IMG/VR virus record: IMGVR_UViG_3300045963_000083
Coordinates: 1 to 37,673 of that record
DNA length: 37,673 bases
From: a virus
Reading direction: 5' to 3' (one strand)
Shown in pieces: positions 31,570 through 37,673 of the stretch; within the stretch, counting starts at the first letter, position 1; the number at the start of each line of letters is the position of its first letter. Under the pieces are notes generated by a model. The model saw only the letters and a list, made by a program, of their open reading frames with translations, searched no databases and was not told the origin of the DNA. Made by a program: the position numbers and the translations under genes.

Positions 31570-33851
31570 GCGAAAATGAAAAGTCAGACGATGATTCTAA
31601 GATCACCTATTGGCTACGTGAGATTGCTACAGCAAAAGACAGAGATAAAACTTTCCATGCAACAGGACAAAAAGTTTTAGACATTTACAGCTCAGAAGAC
31701 CCTGCAAAAGTACCATTCAATATCCTATACTCTAATACAGAGACATTATTCCCTGCTATTTATTCCGCAGTTCCAAGGCCATCAGTACGCCAACGTTTTA
31801 AAGAAGACCAAGACCCATCTACTCAAGCAGCAGCACACGCAGCAACCAGATTACTTGAATATTTGCTGGACACTGGCGTTGATGGGTATGAGACATTTGA
31901 CGAAGGCATGAAAAACGCTACATTGGACGCATTATTGCCTGGGCGTGGTGTAACGCTGATAAAATACGATGCAGACATAAACGAAGATGATGAGGGAGAA
32001 GTTTACAACAAGTCATCCGAGTTAGTCTGTATTGATTCTCGCGTGTGGAACCGTGTCTATTTTGGTTATGCAAAGAAATGGTCACAAGTGCCTTGGGTAG
32101 CTTTTGAAGAACACATAGACGAAGACGAAGCAAAGCGCCTTTTTAAAGATAAGGCATCGAAACTAACATTTTTAGCTAATGACGATGTAAGCGAAGACGA
32201 TAAGGAAAAGCGTCAAGACAAAGAAAAGCAAGGCGGAGAAAAGACAGCTTGTATCTATCAGATATGGGATAGAGATGACAAGAAAGTAAGGTATGTTTCA
32301 AATCAATACAAAGAAGACTTTTTATTGGTTGAAGATGACCCGCTACAATTAACAGGATTTTTCCCAATTCCCAAGCCGATATTATTTACACAGCAAAGCC
32401 AGTCATTAGATGCAATAGCTCCTTATATCTACTACGAAAATCAAGCTAAAGAGATAAACAACTTAACCAGACGGATTAATAGGCTAAGCTCATCTATCAA
32501 AGCGAAAGGTATTTATGATGGTGAGTTAGGTTCAGACATTGAGAACCTTTTAAAAGGTGATGATAATACATTCACGCCAGCCGATAAATCAGCAAGCCTA
32601 GCAGCCGAGAAAGGATTCCAAAATGCTATCTGGTTTATGCCTATTGCCGAGATGATGCAGGTATTGCAAAACCTTTATGCTACTCGCGAGCAATGCAAGC
32701 AGGTTATATATGAAATTACCGGCATATCAGATATTATCAGAGGTTCAACAGTAGCCAGTGAAACTGCTACAGCGCAGGGAATAAAATCGCAATGGGGAAC
32801 CATGAGGCTAAAAAGGATGCAAGGCGAGGTGCAAAGATATGCAAGGGATATGTTGAGAATCATGCTTGAGATTGCTGCTACTAAGTTTAGTGAGAAAACA
32901 TGGGCAGAAATGACAGGACTAAACTTTGCGACTACTGAGCAGCTACAACAGGCTCAAATGATACTGCAATCTTACCAGATGCAATCTCAACAAATGCCAC
33001 AAGTTCCAGGGCAGCCGCCACAAATACCGCCACAAGTACAGCAAGCTCAACAGTTAATGCAGGGCATACAATGGCCTAAAGTACTTGAGATGCTTAAGAA
33101 TGATCGTATGCGGTCATATAAGATAGACATCGAAACTAATTCTACAGTTTTGCCGGAAGCAGTAGAAGATCAAAAACAAATAGCTGATGTAATGACGGCA
33201 TTAGGGCAATACTTGCAAGGCGTAACTCCTTTGATACAGTCAGGCGCTTTCCCATTTGAAGCAGCAAAAGCTATGATGATGGCTATTGTTAGACGGTATC
33301 AATTTGGCGATGAAATAGAGCAGTATATCGAATCAATGAAGGAGCCAACGCCACCACAGCCGCCAGCCCCACCACCTGATAATAGTATGCAATTAAAGCA
33401 GATGGACATGCAAGCAAAGCAAGCAGAATTGCAACATGCCGCACAGTTAGACCAGGCCAAAACACAGAGAGAATCTGTACAGTTTGAAATGGAAAACAGA
33501 GCAAAGGTAGCTATTGAGCAAGGTAAAACACAGGCGCAAATAGAGTTTGAGCGATGGAAGGTAGAATTTGAGGCAAATGCTAGACTAAATGAAATTAAAA
33601 TAGCCTCAGAGATAGAAAAGGAAACAGATATTGCAAGAGCTACAATTGATGCAAATACAAAGCTTGAAATGGCAAGAATTAGCGCGGAAACAGAATCAAT
33701 GCGTATGCAATCAGAATCATTCAGAATGCAAAACGAAGAATCAAAGGCTATGATGGATAAAGAAGGGAAAGACGGTCAATTATCACAATTAATCGAAGCA
33801 ATTAAACAACCAATTTCAATAGATTTAGGCGGTAATAATGCCACACTATAA
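31566..33851 (+). CDS. Portal protein with long Gln/Pro-rich and coiled-coil C-terminal extension
   Basis: 761 aa, ATGA-coupled to terL. Size and position are typical of a portal. C-terminal QMQSQQMPQVPGQPPQIPPQVQQ and PTPPQPPAPPPD tracts, then heptad repeats. Confidence 0.75.
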   Translation: MSENEKSDDDSKITYWLREIATAKDRDKTFHATGQKVLDIYSSEDPAKVPFNILYSNTETLFPAIYSAVPRPSVRQRFKEDQDPSTQAAAHAATRLLEYLLDTGVDGYETFDEGMKNATLDALLPGRGVTLIKYDADINEDDEGEVYNKSSELVCIDSRVWNRVYFGYAKKWSQVPWVAFEEHIDEDEAKRLFKDKASKLTFLANDDVSEDDKEKRQDKEKQGGEKTACIYQIWDRDDKKVRYVSNQYKEDFLLVEDDPLQLTGFFPIPKPILFTQQSQSLDAIAPYIYYENQAKEINNLTRRINRLSSSIKAKGIYDGELGSDIENLLKGDDNTFTPADKSASLAAEKGFQNAIWFMPIAEMMQVLQNLYATREQCKQVIYEITGISDIIRGSTVASETATAQGIKSQWGTMRLKRMQGEVQRYARDMLRIMLEIAATKFSEKTWAEMTGLNFATTEQLQQAQMILQSYQMQSQQMPQVPGQPPQIPPQVQQAQQLMQGIQWPKVLEMLKNDRMRSYKIDIETNSTVLPEAVEDQKQIADVMTALGQYLQGVTPLIQSGAFPFEAAKAMMMAIVRRYQFGDEIEQYIESMKEPTPPQPPAPPPDNSMQLKQMDMQAKQAELQHAAQLDQAKTQRESVQFEMENRAKVAIEQGKTQAQIEFERWKVEFEANARLNEIKIASEIEKETDIARATIDANTKLEMARISAETESMRMQSESFRMQNEESKAMMDKEGKDGQLSQLIEAIKQPISIDLGGNNATL

Positions 33852-34224
33852 CACTGCATTAAGAAACGCACAGAATGATGCAATTACAACAGCAGTAGGA
33901 AACGCAGGTAAATTGCAAATCTATGACGGTACGCAACCGGCAGCAGGTGGCACAGCTACTAACAAACTGGCAGAGTTTACCTTAGGTACTCCGTTTTCAG
34001 GCGCTTCTTCTGCTTCTGTGTTATCGCCTACCTTGCCATCCAATACAACAGGATTATTCGCAGGCACTGCAACATGGTTCAGGATAACAACCAGCGCAGC
34101 AGCATGGGTTATTGATGGAACAGCAGGAATAAGCGGAACTGAGTTGATATTGAATACCGCAGTTATAAGCATAGGGTTAACTGTTTCTGTGACTGGCTTC
34201 ACGATTACAGCAGGTAATGCTTAA
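33838..34224 (+). CDS. Hypothetical Thr/Ala/Gly-rich beta protein
   Basis: 128-aa ORF overlapping the portal end by 14 nt. Confidence 0.55.
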   Translation: MPHYNTALRNAQNDAITTAVGNAGKLQIYDGTQPAAGGTATNKLAEFTLGTPFSGASSASVLSPTLPSNTTGLFAGTATWFRITTSAAAWVIDGTAGISGTELILNTAVISIGLTVSVTGFTITAGNA

Positions 34225-34553
34225 TGGCTAATGAATCATTTGTTCAAGTTGCGGTAGACGGAGCAGGTAAACAGGTCGATACTTTTATTGTTTCTGACCC
34301 AGTTACAAATATAACCAAGCATCGTCAAACGGTGGTCATTGGAGACCCTAGTAACCCATTCGCTGTTTCAAGTGTAGAAAACAATGCGCTTGTAGTAGAT
34401 GATATGATTAATTCGGAGGGAGAAGAAGGAGACGAAATTTTAAAACTAATATTAATTGAACTTAGGATTCAAACATATTTAATTGCATCAGAATTTAGAA
34501 CTCGTGACGATATTATTGCAATGCGTAACGATCCATCATTATATAACCAATAG
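34224..34553 (+). CDS. Hypothetical protein
   Basis: 109 aa, TAATG overlap. Confidence 0.55.
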   Translation: MANESFVQVAVDGAGKQVDTFIVSDPVTNITKHRQTVVIGDPSNPFAVSSVENNALVVDDMINSEGEEGDEILKLILIELRIQTYLIASEFRTRDDIIAMRNDPSLYNQ

Positions 34554-34562
34554 GTCACTATC

Positions 34563-35204
34563 ATGTTAGTACAAGCACAAGCTGGCGGTATTCCTTCTCA
34601 GTCGAATAAATCAGGACAAAACAACTTAGCACAAGGATGGTTAAATGAGCTTTTAGTTACAGAACTATATCCAAAATATGCGGCTCTTGCTCAAAATGCT
34701 AACCTTTTCACTGCATCAAGTCAGGCGGCAACAGCTGTTTCATTACTTTCAACAGCAACAGCTACGGGGTATATTTTATCTAATCCGGCTGGATCAGGTA
34801 AAAACTTAGTTTTACTTGAAGCAAATGTTCAATTGGCGGCAACTGAGGTAGCAACAGGTACAAACTTAGTTCTAGCTTTTAACAATAATCCAGTAGCGGC
34901 AGCAGTTGTCCATACTACCCCATTGACAGTATCATCTACTTTGATTGGTGCCGGTGCATCTTCAGTTGCTAAGGTTGATGGTGCTGCAACATTGCCAGCA
35001 GTTCCCACAGCATTAAGGCCTATAGGTATGGCTCAGATTACGTTTGGAACAGCTGCAACGGCTGGATTGGCTCAGGTTGCAACGGTTAAAGAAATATTTG
35101 ATGGTTCAATTGTTATTTCTCCAGGGACATCTATTTCATTAGCTACTATTACAACTACTATTTCAATATTGGCAGCGTTTACATGGGCAGAAACACCAGT
35201 ATAA
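34563..35204 (+). CDS. Hypothetical Ala/Thr-rich beta protein
   Basis: 213 aa, no motif recognised. Confidence 0.55.
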   Translation: MLVQAQAGGIPSQSNKSGQNNLAQGWLNELLVTELYPKYAALAQNANLFTASSQAATAVSLLSTATATGYILSNPAGSGKNLVLLEANVQLAATEVATGTNLVLAFNNNPVAAAVVHTTPLTVSSTLIGAGASSVAKVDGAATLPAVPTALRPIGMAQITFGTAATAGLAQVATVKEIFDGSIVISPGTSISLATITTTISILAAFTWAETPV

Positions 35205-35211
35205 TAAATGA

Positions 35212-36051
35212 ATGTTATTAGCTCTTAGATCATTAGCAGAGTCATCAACTAGCTTAACTGGGGTAGTTAGTTGGACGGGTCAAGATAGCAGTATAGCTAT
35301 AACTGAATTATCATCCGATAGTTTAGTTATAGGATGGACAAGTCAGAACAATGCAGTATCGTTAAGTGTAAATTTAAATGATCCGATTTCGTTAGGATGG
35401 ACAAGTCAAAATAGCGTAGTTTTAATCAATGCGAATGTTGCTACAGTTGGCATTAATATCAACGCAGCATGGACAGATTCTAATAGTGTTGTCAATGGAA
35501 CAGTAGCACTATTAAACAATTCTACGCTAGGCATACAGAGCCAGAATGATAGTGTTTTAATAAATTCATCTATACCTGTTAATTTATCGGTAAATTGGCA
35601 AGATACAGACAGCTTATTAGCATTAAATGTACAAATAACTAGCGACTTAATTGTCTCTTTATTGCCTTTAGGTGGAGACGACCACAAAGGCATAAACTGG
35701 CAAGCCAAGCAACAAAACCAAAAGACTCAAACTGTCACTGACTTAGTAGATAATGCGATAGAGGATTACTACAAAGAGTTAACCAGTAAATCAGCACCAA
35801 AAAAGATACAGCATAAAGCGGCTAAGATAGTTAAGCCTTACGCTTTAGATACAAAGAAAATATCACAAGAAATTGATTTTGCTAGTCTAAGAAATGATAT
35901 AAATAGAGCAAAGTTGCTTTTAAGTCTATATATAGACTATATTCAAGAGAGCAAAAAGCAATCAATATTAACCAGTGTTATAATAGAAGCGGCAAAACGT
36001 AAATCATTACTTAATAAGGTATCAGCAATCTATGCCAACTTATACTTATAA
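35212..36051 (+). CDS. Repeat protein (six W-[TQ]-[SDG]-[QST]-[ND]-[SN] units) with Lys-rich helical C-terminus
   Basis: 279 aa. VVSWTGQDSS, VIGWTSQNNA, SLGWTSQNSV, NAAWTDSNSV, LGIQSQNDSV, SVNWQDTDSL at intervals of roughly 18-27 aa. Confidence 0.55.
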   Translation: MLLALRSLAESSTSLTGVVSWTGQDSSIAITELSSDSLVIGWTSQNNAVSLSVNLNDPISLGWTSQNSVVLINANVATVGININAAWTDSNSVVNGTVALLNNSTLGIQSQNDSVLINSSIPVNLSVNWQDTDSLLALNVQITSDLIVSLLPLGGDDHKGINWQAKQQNQKTQTVTDLVDNAIEDYYKELTSKSAPKKIQHKAAKIVKPYALDTKKISQEIDFASLRNDINRAKLLLSLYIDYIQESKKQSILTSVIIEAAKRKSLLNKVSAIYANLYL

Positions 36052-36463
36052 GTGTCAGCAAACAGGACAAATAATTGAGCGTATCAGTTCAATGAAGCAG
36101 CATTGTAACCGTGTTCAATGTTATTGCGGATCAGAAGCTGAACAGGTTATTTTATCAGCTCCATTGATGACTATACCCGCTCATATGCGTTATGACTTTA
36201 ATGGCTATGAGTCTCCTACTACGGGGCGTTTAATCCGTAACAAGAAAGAGCGTGTCGAGGACTTAGCAGTTAGTGGCTGCATGGAATATGACCCAGGTAT
36301 TAAGCAAGATTTTGATAGGAGAACAAAAGAAGAAGAAATAGCACTAGACAGAGCTATTGATCAAACAGTAGAAAAGGAATTTGAAACCATGCCGTTATTA
36401 AAACGGGAACAATTAGCCATCGAGCTTACAGCCGGTGCAGACGTTGAGACTATACGATTATGA
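36032..36463 (+). CDS. FmdB-type zinc-ribbon domain protein
   Basis: 143 aa. MPTYTYKCQQTGQIIE...CNRVQCYCGSEAEQVILSAP resembles the MPxYxYxC...CPxCG FmdB/CxxC_CxxC_SSSS motif (degenerate). Confidence 0.4.
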   Translation: MPTYTYKCQQTGQIIERISSMKQHCNRVQCYCGSEAEQVILSAPLMTIPAHMRYDFNGYESPTTGRLIRNKKERVEDLAVSGCMEYDPGIKQDFDRRTKEEEIALDRAIDQTVEKEFETMPLLKREQLAIELTAGADVETIRL

Positions 36464-37446
36464 GCGAAGAGTTTGATATAAATGCAGGTGTTGCGGAAAT
36501 TGCTGAATCAATGGGGTTTAATGATGATCAAAATATTGATGATACGGAAGAAAATGAGGGAGTTTCAAAAGACACAGAAAAAGTGGGACAGGATAGCTCA
36601 GATGCTGAAAAAGAAGAATCCGAGAGTGCACAAAATGCTGATGACAAGGACGAATCCGAACGTAAGCAAGAGGATGAAATACTAAAATCAGCGCCTGCAT
36701 CATGGGCAAAAGATCAGCACGAAAACTGGTCGAAGATTCCTAAAGAAGCTCAGGACTACATTGAGACGCGTGAGAAACAAATGCTTGACGGCATTGAGCA
36801 ATATAAAGAAGGTCATCGTTACGCGCAGGAAGTAGACAGGGCGCTACAACCTTTCAGGGAAGATATTAAGTCGCTTGGAATACCTGAGCCGCAAGTCATC
36901 TATAATCTGATGACGCATCATCAAGCATTGACTAAAGGATCGCTTGAACAAAGACAAGAGGCTTTTTTACGCATTGGCATGGAGTCTGGAATCATCCCAA
37001 AAGAAGGCCAGACTTTACCTGATAAGCATACGCAAGAACTAGAGCAAAGGTTATCACGCATAGAGCAGCAAGAGCGAGAAATCCAAAGCCGCTATGAGAA
37101 CGAAGAACTGCAAAGAATTACGCAAACTGTAGATTCTTTCGCAAGTGATCCAAAGAACCAGTATTTTAACGAGTTAGCTGATGATATAGCTATATTGTTA
37201 AGAACTGGTCTGGATTTACAGACGGCTTATGACAAAGCTGTTTGGGCTAATCCTGCTACACGAGCCAAAGAGTTAGAAAAAGAACGCGCTTCTGTTATTG
37301 AAAAAAACAAGAAAGAAGCTGAAATAGCTAAGAAAGCAACAAGCACAAATATTAAATCATCACGTTCAAATGGACGGAAAGAAGCTGAAAAATTAGGCTC
37401 TTGGGATGATACAATGAATGATGTAATAAAGTCATTAAGGAGCTAG
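36460..37446 (+). CDS. Scaffolding protein
   Basis: 328 aa. Very acidic N-terminus and a long helical/coiled-coil body. Lies immediately upstream (circularly) of the capsid gene. Confidence 0.6.
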   Translation: MSEEFDINAGVAEIAESMGFNDDQNIDDTEENEGVSKDTEKVGQDSSDAEKEESESAQNADDKDESERKQEDEILKSAPASWAKDQHENWSKIPKEAQDYIETREKQMLDGIEQYKEGHRYAQEVDRALQPFREDIKSLGIPEPQVIYNLMTHHQALTKGSLEQRQEAFLRIGMESGIIPKEGQTLPDKHTQELEQRLSRIEQQEREIQSRYENEELQRITQTVDSFASDPKNQYFNELADDIAILLRTGLDLQTAYDKAVWANPATRAKELEKERASVIEKNKKEAEIAKKATSTNIKSSRSNGRKEAEKLGSWDDTMNDVIKSLRS

Positions 37447-37447
37447 T

Positions 37448-37555
37448 ATGAAAGATAAAGAATTAATAAAAGAAATAATCATAAAAATTAAAAAAGCAGA
37501 AAAAAAAGCTTGGAATCTTTTTTGTAAAGATTTTATAAAAATAAACAATCATTGA
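37448..37555 (+). CDS. Hypothetical 35-aa Lys-rich peptide
   Basis: Hand-translated MKDKELIKEIIIKIKKAEKKAWNLFCKDFIKINNH. AGGAG lies 5 nt upstream. Confidence 0.35.
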   Translation: MKDKELIKEIIIKIKKAEKKAWNLFCKDFIKINNH

Positions 37556-37582
37556 GAAATTAATTTAATTGTGTTATATAAT
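37552..37582 (+). promoter_or_regulatory. Promoter candidate for the capsid operon
   Basis: TTGAGA-N17-(TGt)TATATAAT. Contains the recurrent AATTGTG motif. Confidence 0.5.
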
Positions 37583-37598
37583 TATGCATAAGGTACAA

Positions 37599-37673
37599 AA
37601 CGTTTCTGACAGAAAACCGTTAGTATAACGATCTAACCAAAGCTTATACGGGCCTGACAGGTTCCAGCGGCGT
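37599..37673. repeat. Terminal direct repeat copy 2 (identical to 1..75)
   Basis: Exact 75-bp identity with the window start. Confidence 0.95.

Noticed and set aside
1-37673. Temperate lifestyle, diversity-generating retroelement or dedicated defence system
   Set aside because: No integrase, CI-type repressor, reverse transcriptase, template/variable repeat pair or recognisable defence genes were seen in any frame. Absence is judged by eye only.

Overview
The window is one complete, AT-rich tailed dsDNA phage genome with podovirus-like organisation. Its first 75 bases are repeated exactly at the end, so the unique length is 37,598 bp and the contig is circular or terminally redundant.

Gene modules:
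- + strand, 29.8 to 37.4 kb, continuing across the junction to about 16.2 kb: small and large terminase, portal, a five-gene block, scaffold, major capsid, decoration-like protein, adaptor/nozzle candidates, internal virion proteins (one with a lytic transglycosylase motif), tail fibre, an SGNH-esterase tailspike, and a lysis region with a GH24 endolysin and an embedded Rz/Rz1 spanin pair.
- - strand, 22.9 down to 19.4 kb: an early leftward operon with a Rad52/Sak-type annealing protein.
- + strand, 22.9 to 29.8 kb: an early/middle rightward region with a MazG-like protein, small HTH paralogs, a PD-(D/E)XK nuclease, an RHH protein, a DUF1376 initiator, a DnaB helicase, a NinB-like protein and an HNH/Ref-like nuclease.

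I recognised no integrase, repressor, RNA polymerase, DNA polymerase, tRNA or CRISPR array.

The most unusual content lies at 16.3 to 19.4 kb on the - strand. It holds a perfectly phased hexanucleotide array, (AGACCN)x25. The array contains a 59-aa Ser-X repeat ORF, one residue below the ORF-track cut-off, and an Arg-Pro repeat frame on the opposite strand. A 19-bp-stem hairpin follows, then a three-gene cassette of signal-peptide proteins: two paralogous small proteins and a subtilisin-like S8 protease.

Many ORFs under 60 aa that overlap their neighbours as ATGA are missing from the track and were added by hand. All family assignments come from motif reading and memory, not from searches.
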